DNA from: Paracoccaceae bacterium
GTDB taxonomy: Bacteria > Pseudomonadota > Alphaproteobacteria > Rhodobacterales > Rhodobacteraceae
DNA length: 64,000 nt
Assembly (NCBI GenBank): GCA_041621405.1
Contig: JBFKAV010000004.1
Span: 939 to 64,938 of the forward strand
Direction: 5' to 3'
Shown here: positions 42,324 through 50,952 of the stretch, piece by piece
Layout: each line of letters starts with the position of its first letter
How positions within the stretch are numbered: position 1 is the stretch's first letter
Made by a program: the position numbers and the translations under genes
Notes under the pieces: generated by a model
Told to the model about the DNA's origin: nothing
What the model saw: only the letters and a program-made list of their open reading frames with translations
Databases searched by the model: none

Positions 42324-45007
42324 GCCGCCCGTGCCAGCCGCAGGGGCACCGTCAGCCGGAATGCCGCGCCACCCTGGCCTGGCAGATAGGCGATCGTGCC
42401 GCCGAGCTTCTCCATGATCTCGCGGCAGATCGCGAGCCCCAGGCCCGCGCCGCCGGCGCGGGTGTGATCGCCCAGCCGCGCGAACTTCTCGAAGATGATC
42501 TCCTGGCTCTCGCGCGGGATCCCCGAGCCGTTGTCGACCACGTCGATCTGCGCCTGCCCGCCCTGCCGCCGCACCTCGATCCGCACCTCCTGCATCGGCG
42601 CGTCGCAGTACTTGCGCGCATTGGTGATGAGGTTGATGAACACCTGCGCCAGGCGGTCGGGGTCGGTGACGATCTCCACCTTTTCCGTCTCGGGCTCACG
42701 CAGGATCCGGAACGGCTTTGCCCCCGGCGCCGCGCTCGCGGTGGACACGGCGCGGGCGATCACATCGCCGAGGTTGGTCTCCTTCATGTTGAGCTGCACG
42801 TTGCCCGATTCCAGCACGCTGAGATCTAGAAGGTCGTCGAGCAGCCGTGTCAGCCGCACCGTCTCGGCATGGATCACCCCGGCGTAGCGGGTGCGCTCTT
42901 CGTCGGCCAGCCCCTCCTCGCCGAGGATCTCCGAGAACGCGCGGATCGAGGTCATCGGCGTCCTGAGCTCGTGGCTGATCTGGCTCAGGAAGGCGTCCTT
43001 CTGCGCCGAGAGCTCGGTCAGCTTGCGGTTCGCCTCGCGCAGCTGCCGCGCGGTGCGCGAAAGCTCCTCGGACTGTGCCTCGAGCTTCTGCGAATATTCC
43101 ATGATCTGCTGCGCCTCGTCGGCGACCTTCATCAGGTCGTCGACCGAGACCGAGGTGCCGCCGCCCGCCTGTGCGATCATCGCATGCGCGGTGGCCGAGC
43201 CCACGGCGCCGGCGAACCGCCGCTCAAGCTGCTGCAGGAAGTCGGGCGTCACCTCGGGCAGGAAGCCGCCCGTGCCCTGCCCCTGGGCGGCGTCTTGGAA
43301 TAGCCGCTGCGCCTCGCCGGGTCCGAGGATTCGCTGCGCCATCGCCAGGAGCTCCTCGGCCCCCGCGACGCCGCCCTGCCAGCCCCTGGGCGCCGGTCCG
43401 TCGCGCTCGAAGACGCCGACGAACTCCACTCCTTGCACCCGCTCCAGCGGCCCGGGGAACGACAGGAGCGAGGCCCCCACGAAGGCCGCGGTGTTCAGCG
43501 CCATCGACCAGAACACCGAGTGGACCAGGGGATCGATGCCCTCGATCCCGAACAGCGCCTGGGGCCTCAGCCAGCCGATGCCATAGGGCCCGATCGCCTG
43601 CACCTCGGCCCAGAGCGGCGTCGCCGCGCCGACCGAGGGCAGGAAGAACGTATAGGCCCAGATCACGAAACCGGTGACCAGGCCCGCGACCGCCCCGGTC
43701 CGCGTCGCGCCGCGCCAGAACAGCCCGCCCACCATCGCCGGCAGAAACTGCGCCACGCCGACGAAGCTGATGAGGCCGATCGCCGCCAAGGCCGCGCCGC
43801 CGCCCGACACGCTGTAATAGATCCAGCCGAGCCCGAGCACGCAGGCGATTGACAGCCGGCGCACGTTCAGGACCAGCCCCCGCACGTCCTCCGAGAGCCG
43901 CGACTGCGGCGTGCGGACCGAGAGCCAGATCGGCAGCACGATGTGGTTCGAGACCATGGTCGCGAGCGCGATCGCCGCCACGATCACCATCGAGGTCGCC
44001 GCCGAGAAGCCGCCGAGAAAGGCCAGCATCGCCAGCCCCTCGCGCCCGGCCGACAAGGGCAGCGTCAGCACGAAGAGGTCGGGGTTGCTGCCCGCCGGGA
44101 AGCGCTCGAGCCCGGCCACCGCGATCGGCATCACGAAGAGCGAGATCAGGAACAGATAGAGCGGAAACGCCCAGGACGCGGTAGCGAGCTGGCGCTCGTC
44201 CACGTTCTCCACCACCAGGACCTGGAACATCCTGGGCAGGCATAGGAGCGCCGCGCCCGAGAGGAAGGTCAGCGCCACCCAGCGCCCAGGGTCGAGCTGC
44301 CAGTCGGCGATCGGCGAGGCCTCGATCCTCGCCAGCATGTCCACCGGCCCGGCGCCGAGCTCCCAGACCACGAACACCCCCACCGCGATCAGGGCGACCA
44401 GCTTCACCACCGCCTCCACGGCGATGGCGAGCACCACGCCGTGGTGCCGCTCGTCGGCGTCGAGGTTGCGGGTGCCGAACAGCACGGTGAAGAGCGCGAG
44501 CCCCAGCGCCACCACGAGCGCGGTCTCCTTCGGCTCCCAGGCCGGCGCCCCCGGCGCCGCCTCGGCGAAGACCGACAGCGCCAGCGTCACCGATTGCAGC
44601 TGGAGCGCGATGTAGGGAGTGATCCCGACCACCGCGATCAGCGTCACGATGGCGCCGACCGAGGCCGACTTTCCGTAGCGCGCCGAAAGCAGGTCGGCCA
44701 CCGAGGTGATGCGCTGCGCCTTGCCGATCCGCACCAGCTTCCGCAAGAGCAACCACCAGCCCACCATCACGAGCGTCGGGCCAAGGTAGATGGTCACGAA
44801 CTCCAGCCCCGAGCGCGCGGCATAGCCGACTGCCCCGAAGAAGGTCCAGGCGGTGCAGTAGATCGAGAGCGAAAGCGTGTAGACGACAGGCGAGCGGAGC
44901 CAGCCGCCGCGCCCGCGCTCGGCCATCCGCTCGGCCGCGAAGGCCAGCGCGAACAGGACAGCGACGTAGCCCACCGAGGCGGCAACGAGCACGTTGAAGG
45001 GCAGCAT
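42320..45007 (-). CDS. sensor histidine kinase fused to an N-terminal sodium:solute symporter (SSS) domain (CbrA/CrbS-type architecture)
   Basis: 895 aa. The polytopic domain of about 500 aa has SSS-like motifs. A coiled coil follows, then the H-box FLSQISHELRTPMTSI and the HATPase N/G boxes (DNGSGIP, GGAGLGLAI). There is no C-terminal receiver. Confidence 0.9.
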   Translation of the reverse strand: MLPFNVLVAASVGYVAVLFALAFAAERMAERGRGGWLRSPVVYTLSLSIYCTAWTFFGAVGYAARSGLEFVTIYLGPTLVMVGWWLLLRKLVRIGKAQRITSVADLLSARYGKSASVGAIVTLIAVVGITPYIALQLQSVTLALSVFAEAAPGAPAWEPKETALVVALGLALFTVLFGTRNLDADERHHGVVLAIAVEAVVKLVALIAVGVFVVWELGAGPVDMLARIEASPIADWQLDPGRWVALTFLSGAALLCLPRMFQVLVVENVDERQLATASWAFPLYLFLISLFVMPIAVAGLERFPAGSNPDLFVLTLPLSAGREGLAMLAFLGGFSAATSMVIVAAIALATMVSNHIVLPIWLSVRTPQSRLSEDVRGLVLNVRRLSIACVLGLGWIYYSVSGGGAALAAIGLISFVGVAQFLPAMVGGLFWRGATRTGAVAGLVTGFVIWAYTFFLPSVGAATPLWAEVQAIGPYGIGWLRPQALFGIEGIDPLVHSVFWSMALNTAAFVGASLLSFPGPLERVQGVEFVGVFERDGPAPRGWQGGVAGAEELLAMAQRILGPGEAQRLFQDAAQGQGTGGFLPEVTPDFLQQLERRFAGAVGSATAHAMIAQAGGGTSVSVDDLMKVADEAQQIMEYSQKLEAQSEELSRTARQLREANRKLTELSAQKDAFLSQISHELRTPMTSIRAFSEILGEEGLADEERTRYAGVIHAETVRLTRLLDDLLDLSVLESGNVQLNMKETNLGDVIARAVSTASAAPGAKPFRILREPETEKVEIVTDPDRLAQVFINLITNARKYCDAPMQEVRIEVRRQGGQAQIDVVDNGSGIPRESQEIIFEKFARLGDHTRAGGAGLGLAICREIMEKLGGTIAYLPGQGGAAFRLTVPLRLARAA

Positions 45008-45285
45008 CAGCTTCCCTCCTCGCTGTCGCCCAGTTTCCGCGTCGGCGGCTCCGGACCGACCCGGCGCGACAGCAGGAAGGCGGCGAGGATGAGCCCGGCC
45101 CAGACCAGGAAGATGTAAAGCCCGCCGGGCACGGTGTCGGCCGCGTCGGTCTCTGCCGGCGCCCAGAGCAGCGGCACGAGAAACAGGAGCGCGCCGACCA
45201 CCGGCACAAGGCGGGCGGCATCGGCCATGCGGCGGCGGCGGTAGCTGTCGCGCTCCAGGAACAGGGGCGGCTTCGGCCGCCTCAT
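45007..45285 (-). CDS. small 2-TM membrane protein coupled to the SSS-kinase
   Basis: 92 aa with two hydrophobic helices (LVPVVGALLFLVPLLW, LYIFLVWAGLILAAFLL). It has ATGA overlaps with both neighbours (45282-45285 and 45005-45009). Confidence 0.55.
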   Translation of the reverse strand: MRRPKPPLFLERDSYRRRRMADAARLVPVVGALLFLVPLLWAPAETDAADTVPGGLYIFLVWAGLILAAFLLSRRVGPEPPTRKLGDSEEGS

Positions 45286-45656
45286 GCGCTGCCCGCCATC
45301 AGCGCGTTCACCGAGTCCAGCACGTCGGCGTTCGAGAACGGCTTGGTCAGGTATCGGCTCGCCCCGGCCCGCTCGGCGCGCTCCCGGTCGGCGGCCTGGC
45401 CCTTGGCGGTCAGCATCAGGACCGGCAGCGCGGTGAAATCGGGATCGGCGCGGAGCTCATCGAGAATGTCGAAGCCCGAGCGGCCCGGCAGCATCACGTC
45501 GAGCACCAGCACGTCGGGCCTGGACTCGCGGATCCGCGCCACCGCCGTCGCGCCGTCGGAATGGGTCTGCACCGCCCAGCCGCCGCGGGACAGGATGAAC
45601 CTGATCGCCTCGATCAGGTTGGGCTCGTCCTCGATCAGAAGGACACGCTTGTCCAT
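45282..45656 (-). CDS. single-domain (CheY-like) response regulator
   Basis: 124 aa starting from ATG 45656 (MDKRVLLIEDEP). The phospho-acceptor context is VLVLDVMLPG, with LTAKG and the conserved K in LTKPF. It has no output domain. Confidence 0.9.
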   Translation of the reverse strand: MDKRVLLIEDEPNLIEAIRFILSRGGWAVQTHSDGATAVARIRESRPDVLVLDVMLPGRSGFDILDELRADPDFTALPVLMLTAKGQAADRERAERAGASRYLTKPFSNADVLDSVNALMAGSA

Positions 45657-45743
45657 CCTCACGGTTCCTTCCCTCGGGCGGCGCTCTTGCGTCGTTCTTT
45701 GCATTCACTATCGCCAAGCCCCTGCGGCCTGTCAAAGTCTGGC

Positions 45744-47027
45744 TCACCGCCGCGCGGGGCCGAGGATCGAGGGCTCGCGGCGGGCGCGGCAGGTCTCGCG
45801 CGGGCAGATGCGGCAGGTGGGCCCCACCGGTTCGGCCGAAGCGTCCGCCCCGGCGGGCGTGAGCAGCATCGTCGCCTCGAAGACCGGCGGCGCCGCGAAA
45901 TCGGCCGGCGCGAGCGGCGCCGCGATCGCCTCGGCGCGGAAGCGCCGGGCACCGTCCCCGGGCATCGCCACCACTGCCGCCACCGGCACGCCCGGGCGCG
46001 AAAGTGCCTGGAACAACGGCCAGAGCGGGCAGCCGGCGCCGTGGCGCGGCAGCGGGAAGCCGTCAACCGGGCGACGGAAGGTGATGGCCCCCGCCGCATC
46101 GGCGAGCACCAGCCCCGCCTCCCGCTCCGGCAGAAGCGCGAGGCGCCGGAGCGCCACCTCCGCCGGCACCCCGAAGGCCGCCGCCAGCGCCCCGGCGCCC
46201 AACACCGCCCGTGCCTCGACCTCGGCGAGCGGCATCCGAACTGCATCCTCGGCGTAGCGCAAGGCCGCGGCGCGCGCGAGATGTCGTCCGCCCGAGCTGG
46301 TCAGCTCGGCCGCCCCCGCGACTAGCGCATCCACCGCCGCCGGACCGGCCCCGCCCTCGAGTTCGGGCAGATGCCAGCCGTGCGCCGCGAAGAACGCCTC
46401 CACTTCCTCCTGTGGCGTTTCCACCGCTGGCTCGGCTGCGCCCGGCCTGTTGAGGTAGTGCGCCAGCGCTTCGGCGCCCTCCGCGAGCCGGCGACCCTCG
46501 GCGTCGAGAATGCCCAGAAACCGCGCCGCCCAAGCCGGATCGAGGTCCTCGGTGCCGGCCAGGATCGAGGTCGACGAGCGGATCGCGGTCACCGCGGTAA
46601 GAAGTTCGTGCAGCGAAGCCGAAAGCTGCGGGTCGTGCGCCAGCCGGTCCGACAGCGCCTCGACCTCACGCTCGAGCCGTTCCACCTTTGCGTGTCGCTC
46701 AGCCAGAAGCTTCGCCCAGCCCGGAAAGCGGCCGGCGAATTCCTCCGCCGGCTCTTCGTCCACGCCCTGCCCGCCCGCCGCCGCAGCCTCGCCCAGGGCC
46801 GCCAACAACACCGCCTCGGCACCTTCTGTCAGCGTCGAGACTTCGCAGCCCAGAGCCCGTGCGATGTCGGCCACGAGCTTGCCCCCGATCCTGCGCCGGT
46901 TGTGCTCGATGAGGTTGAGGTAGGAGGCCGAGATCCCAGCCGCGCGGGCCAGATCCGTCTGCCGGATGCCCGCCGCCAGGCGGCGGTCGCGGATCCGGCT
47001 CCCGGTCAGCGCCCCGCGCGGCATCAA
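45744..47027 (-). CDS. XRE-family transcriptional regulator with DUF2083-like C-terminal domain (short-chain acyl-CoA regulator ScfR/PrpR/RamB-like)
   Basis: 427 aa. The N-terminal HTH is IRQTDLARAAGISASYLNLIEHNRR. The C-terminal Cys cluster GPTCRICPRETCRARREPS is typical of the family. Confidence 0.78.
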   Translation of the reverse strand: MMPRGALTGSRIRDRRLAAGIRQTDLARAAGISASYLNLIEHNRRRIGGKLVADIARALGCEVSTLTEGAEAVLLAALGEAAAAGGQGVDEEPAEEFAGRFPGWAKLLAERHAKVERLEREVEALSDRLAHDPQLSASLHELLTAVTAIRSSTSILAGTEDLDPAWAARFLGILDAEGRRLAEGAEALAHYLNRPGAAEPAVETPQEEVEAFFAAHGWHLPELEGGAGPAAVDALVAGAAELTSSGGRHLARAAALRYAEDAVRMPLAEVEARAVLGAGALAAAFGVPAEVALRRLALLPEREAGLVLADAAGAITFRRPVDGFPLPRHGAGCPLWPLFQALSRPGVPVAAVVAMPGDGARRFRAEAIAAPLAPADFAAPPVFEATMLLTPAGADASAEPVGPTCRICPRETCRARREPSILGPARR

Positions 47028-47076
47028 GTCCTCCGTTTACCGTCATTCGGAGGGAGAATTTACAGGAAACCGCATT

Positions 47077-47533
47077 TCAAGCAATGGCTTGCATGTAGAT
47101 TCTCAAATCGGGCTCCGATTGCGCGGTCCAGCCGCCGTCGACCGGAATCGTCGCGCCCGCGAGCCTGTGGGCAAAGGGCGCGCGGAGCGAGAGCGCCAGC
47201 GCGCCGCCCTCGGCAGGGCCTGAGGCGCGGCGCGAGGAGTGCTTCTCGGCCAAGGCCGCGGTGTCCTGGATGCCGGCGTCGCTGCCCAGCAGGTCAGCCC
47301 CGCCCCAGACTGCAACCGACGTCATCAGCCCCGCCTCCGCGCCGGGATCGCGCAGATTGCCGGGGAAGAACGCCGCCTCCGGCCCCCCTCTTCGTCCGGA
47401 ACTCCTAGCGGACCGCCCGCGACTCGGCCTCGCCCGCGAGCGGATGCACCGCGATCTGCGCACCGGCGATCGCCAGGGCGATGCCCTGAACCGAACTCGT
47501 CACAAAGGCCGTCCCGCCCGTCAATGCGGTCAT
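47077..47533 (-). pseudogene. remnant of a short-chain dehydrogenase/reductase gene (internal deletion plus frameshift)
   Basis: The N-terminal piece MTALTGGTAFVTSSVQGIALAIA (47533 down to a TAG at 47405-47407) resembles the SDR Rossmann start. The C-terminal piece is in another frame (FFPGNL...LAGATIPVDGGWTAQ, ending at 47077). Together they total about 150 codons, against about 250 for an intact SDR. Confidence 0.5.
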
Positions 47534-49041
47534 GTCGCCTCCTCAAGCAATTTGCGAAGATCAGTCTTCAACACCTTGCCATAGTTGTTTTTTGGCAATT
47601 CTGACACGACTTCATAGGCCTTGGGCCGCTTGAATCGTGCGATATGTTCAAGGCAGTGGACGTCGAGTTCGGCCTCGTCCAAGTCCACCCCCGACGCCGG
47701 CACGACGAAGGCCACCACCTCCTCGCCCCATTCGGCCGACCGCCGCCCGACCACCGCCACTTCATGCACCGAAGGGTGCAGGAGCAGCACCTCCTCCACC
47801 TCGCGCGGGTAGATGTTCGAGCCGCCGGAGATGATCACGTCCGTCGAGCGGTCGACCAGGGTCAGGAACCCGTCCGCGTCGAGCCGGCCGATGTCGCCGG
47901 TCATCAGCCAGCCGTCCCGCAGTGTCTTCGCCGTCGCTTCCGGCGCATGCCAGTAGCCCGGCATCACCGGCAGGCCCTTGACCATGATCTCGCCGGCCTC
48001 ACCCGGCGGCAGCGCCTGGCCCTCGGCGTCACCGACCTGCACCTCTACCGCCGACTGCGCCCGGCCCACGCTCTTCAGCCGCTCGCACCAGCGCGGATGG
48101 GCACGGTCGGCCACCTCAGCGCGGGAAAGCGCGGTGATCGCCATCGGGCATTCGCCCTGGCCGTAGATCTGCACGAACTTCGGCCCGAACAGCGCCACCG
48201 CCTCCTCGATGTCGGCCAGGTACATCGGCCCGCCGCCGTACACGATGGTGCGGATCCCCTCGCCCCGGCTGCCCGCCGCCTTCGCGGCATCGGTCAGACG
48301 GCGCACCATCGTCGGCGCCAGAAAGATGGAGACCGGCCCCAGCCGTGCGGCGAGATCCAGCACCTCGGCGGCGTCGAAGCCGCCCGAAGGCGGCACCAGG
48401 TGCCGCGCCCCCATCCGCACGAGGATCGGCGCGTAGATCCCCGCCCCGTGGCTCATCGGAGCGGCGTAGAGCGCAGCGTCCTCAGCGCTCACCGGGTCCA
48501 CGTCGAGCGGATAGCAAAGCGAGGTCGCCATCAGCATGCCGTGGGTGATCTGAACGCCCTTGGGCCGCCCGGTGGTGCCCGAGGTGTAGAACAGCCAGGC
48601 CAGATCCGCCGCCGCCCGCGGCTCGGGCGTCCGCCCCGGCCCCCGGGTCAGCGCCGCGAACTCGGCGCCGCCGATCTCGGTCACCGGCACCCCCGGCTCA
48701 CCCAGGCAAGCGCCTCGTTCTCGGTCGGCGAAGACATATCTTGCCCCGGAGTTCTCCAGGATCCAGGCGACCTCCTTGGGGTGCAGCTTGGCATTGATCG
48801 GCACGGCCGCTGCGCCCGCGGCCCAGATGCCGTAGAGCGCGACGAGGTATTCGGGCGCGTTGCCGGCGAAGATCGCCACCCGGTCGCCCGGCGCAACGCC
48901 CGCCTGGCCCAGCGCCGCGCCCAGCGCGGCAGACCGCGCGGCGAAGCCGGCATAGTCCGCCACCACCTCGGCGCCAAGCATCAGCGCCGGGCTTTCGCCC
49001 GACACCGCGGCGGTCCGCATCAGCCATTCCGCGAGGTTCAT
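47530..49041 (-). CDS. AMP-dependent acyl-CoA synthetase/ligase
   Basis: 503 aa. It has the AMP-binding motif I LFYTSGTTGRPKGV, plus the YGQGE, TGDIG and GKVLK motifs. Confidence 0.92.
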   Translation of the reverse strand: MNLAEWLMRTAAVSGESPALMLGAEVVADYAGFAARSAALGAALGQAGVAPGDRVAIFAGNAPEYLVALYGIWAAGAAAVPINAKLHPKEVAWILENSGARYVFADRERGACLGEPGVPVTEIGGAEFAALTRGPGRTPEPRAAADLAWLFYTSGTTGRPKGVQITHGMLMATSLCYPLDVDPVSAEDAALYAAPMSHGAGIYAPILVRMGARHLVPPSGGFDAAEVLDLAARLGPVSIFLAPTMVRRLTDAAKAAGSRGEGIRTIVYGGGPMYLADIEEAVALFGPKFVQIYGQGECPMAITALSRAEVADRAHPRWCERLKSVGRAQSAVEVQVGDAEGQALPPGEAGEIMVKGLPVMPGYWHAPEATAKTLRDGWLMTGDIGRLDADGFLTLVDRSTDVIISGGSNIYPREVEEVLLLHPSVHEVAVVGRRSAEWGEEVVAFVVPASGVDLDEAELDVHCLEHIARFKRPKAYEVVSELPKNNYGKVLKTDLRKLLEEAT

Positions 49042-49159
49042 GCACCCTCCTCCCGGCGCGATCAGAGCATGCAGATCCCGACCCGCGCAACGGGCGAGGT
49101 GCGCCAGGAATCGCGTGTATACTGGCCTCGATCAGAGCCGCACCAGGGAAGGGAACCCC

Positions 49160-49555
49160 ATGCCGTCCTGCCAGAAGCTGCGCCCATCCGGAACCTACTC
49201 CGGCAAGCAGGGCTTCGACTATTTCGAGGGGATCTCGCGCGAGGCGACGGGCGCCAAGGGCATCTGCATGCACCTCCTGACGATCCCGCCCGGCGGCCGC
49301 GCCAAGGCGCACAAGCACGCCACGCACGAAACCGCGATCTACGCGCTCGCCGGCGAGGCGGTGATGTGGTGGGGCCAGCGGCTCGAGCACCGGATGGAGA
49401 TCAAGGCGGGCGACCTCGTCTACATCCCGGCGGACGTGCCGCACCTGCCGATTAACCTCTCCGATGCGCCGGTCTCGGCGGTCATCGCCCGTACCGACCC
49501 GCACGAGCAGGAAAGCGTGGTGCTGCTGCCGGAGCTCGACGCGCTGGTGCCCTGA
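49160..49555 (+). CDS. cupin domain protein
   Basis: 131 aa starting from ATG 49160 with an AGGGAAGGGA RBS. The cupin motifs are PGGRAKAHKHATHETAIY and GDLVYIPADVPHLPIN. Confidence 0.8.
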   Translation: MPSCQKLRPSGTYSGKQGFDYFEGISREATGAKGICMHLLTIPPGGRAKAHKHATHETAIYALAGEAVMWWGQRLEHRMEIKAGDLVYIPADVPHLPINLSDAPVSAVIARTDPHEQESVVLLPELDALVP

Positions 49556-49558
49556 GCG

Positions 49559-50260
49559 TCACACGGAACGCGTGATGCCGCCGTCGACGCGGATGTTCTG
49601 CCCGGTGATGTAGCCCGCGCCGTCGGAGGCGAGGAAGGCCACGGTCGCGGCGATCTCTCCGTACGAGCTGCCGTAGCGGCCCATCGGGATCCGGGCGCGG
49701 AACTCCTCCTTCACGGGCAGGCTGTCGATGAAACCCGGCAGCACATTGTTCATCCGCACGTTCTGGCCCGCATAGGCGTCGGCGAAGAGCTTGCTGAAGG
49801 CCGCGAGCCCGGCACGGAATACGCCCGAGGTCGGGAAGGTCGGGTCGGGCTCGAAGGCGGCAAAGGTCGAGATGTTGACGATGGTGCCGCCGCCCTGGGC
49901 GACCATGATCGGGGCGGCCAGCCGGGTGGGCCGCACGACATTGAGGAAGTAGACCTCCATGCCCCGGTGCCAGTCCTCATCCGTAAGTTCCAGGACCGGT
50001 GCGCGCGGCCCGTGGCCGGCCGAGTTCACCAGGACGTCGATCCGCCCCCAGCGCTCCATCGCGCCGTCGACCAGGCGCCTGAGGTCGTCCACCGACTGGT
50101 TCGAGCCGGTCACACCGAGCCCGCCGAGCTCCAGGGCCAGCGCCTCGCCCTTGCCCGACGAAGACAGGATACCCACCGCGAATCCGTCCGCGGCAAGGCG
50201 CCGTGCGCAGTCAGCGCCCATGCCGCTGCCGCCGGCCGTGATCAGTGCAACCTTGGTCAT
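49559..50260 (-). CDS. SDR family oxidoreductase
   Basis: 233 aa. It has TAGGSGMG (glycine-rich NAD(P) motif), NSAG and a catalytic region. Confidence 0.9.
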   Translation of the reverse strand: MTKVALITAGGSGMGADCARRLAADGFAVGILSSSGKGEALALELGGLGVTGSNQSVDDLRRLVDGAMERWGRIDVLVNSAGHGPRAPVLELTDEDWHRGMEVYFLNVVRPTRLAAPIMVAQGGGTIVNISTFAAFEPDPTFPTSGVFRAGLAAFSKLFADAYAGQNVRMNNVLPGFIDSLPVKEEFRARIPMGRYGSSYGEIAATVAFLASDGAGYITGQNIRVDGGITRSV

Positions 50261-50350
50261 GTAGAGCGTTCCCCCGCTCGGATCCCGTCGCGCCGTATCA
50301 CAGCGGAAGGATGCTGATAACCCCGCGCCCCGGATGAAGTATGGCGGACC

Positions 50351-50645
50351 TCAGCCAACCACCCCGGCGGTCTCCACCACTGAGTGGAAAAGGACGCTCG
50401 CCCTATCTGCTGCCTACTCGGGCGTAATTTCATCAGTCTCGTTGTGCGAGAACCCGTCGAGACAGGGGCAAAAACGCATGGCCATCGCGGCGCGGTTGAT
50501 CCGGCAGGCATCGTGGCCCGCGCCCGAGACGATCTTGCGATGGGACCGGCCCAGCCGCTTGGCGGCGCGGTGGACAGGGGACACGCAGCCCGGATCGAGG
50601 CGCACCGGGTCGTCGTCGATGTCCTCGATGTGGATCCCGAGCCGC
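50351..50645 (-). pseudogene. C-terminal remnant of an M20 amidohydrolase (allantoate amidohydrolase / N-carbamoyl-amino-acid hydrolase type) with an in-frame stop
   Basis: Only the last 95 codons or so are present (...KIVSGAGHDACRINRAAMAMRFCPCLDGFSHNETDEITPE). An in-frame TAG at 50414-50416 is followed by AADRASVLFHSVVETAGVVG and a natural TGA at 50351-50353. The N-terminal 300 codons or so are missing. Confidence 0.55.
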
Positions 50646-50664
50646 CGCGTCCTGGGGCCGGCCC

Positions 50665-50952
50665 CTATTTCAGCTCCACTTCGACGAAGCACATCGGCGC
50701 GTCGCCGCCGTTGATCACGTTGTGCTCCACGCCCTCGCTCCGCCGGTAGGCCGTGCCTGCGGGCACCGTCACCTCGCGCGTCGCCCCGCCGGGCTCCTCC
50801 AGCCGCATCTGGCAGTCGGTCACGGCGGTAATGACGTAGTCGAATGCGTGCCGGTGCCATCCGGTCTCCGCCCCGCGCGCGAAGTCGAAGCGGGTAACGC
50901 GCACGCGCGCGTCGTCCACCAACTGCGTCGCCCTAGCTTTCGGCCGGCTCAT
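50665..50952 (-). CDS. cupin domain protein
   Basis: 95 aa (GWHRHAFDYVITAV...EGVEHNVINGG). Its start overlaps the aminotransferase stop (ATGA). Confidence 0.8.
   Translation of the reverse strand: MSRPKARATQLVDDARVRVTRFDFARGAETGWHRHAFDYVITAVTDCQMRLEEPGGATREVTVPAGTAYRRSEGVEHNVINGGDAPMCFVEVELK

Noticed and set aside
43224-45221. 665-aa alternate-frame ORF on the same (minus) strand, inside the histidine kinase gene
   Set aside because: It overlaps the well-supported SSS-kinase frame. The product is low-complexity and Arg/Gly/Ala-rich.
47644-49455. 603-aa plus-strand ORF opposite the acyl-CoA ligase
   Set aside because: It is antisense to a gene with complete AMP-binding motifs. Only its 3' portion (49160-49555, in a different frame assignment) corresponds to a real cupin gene.
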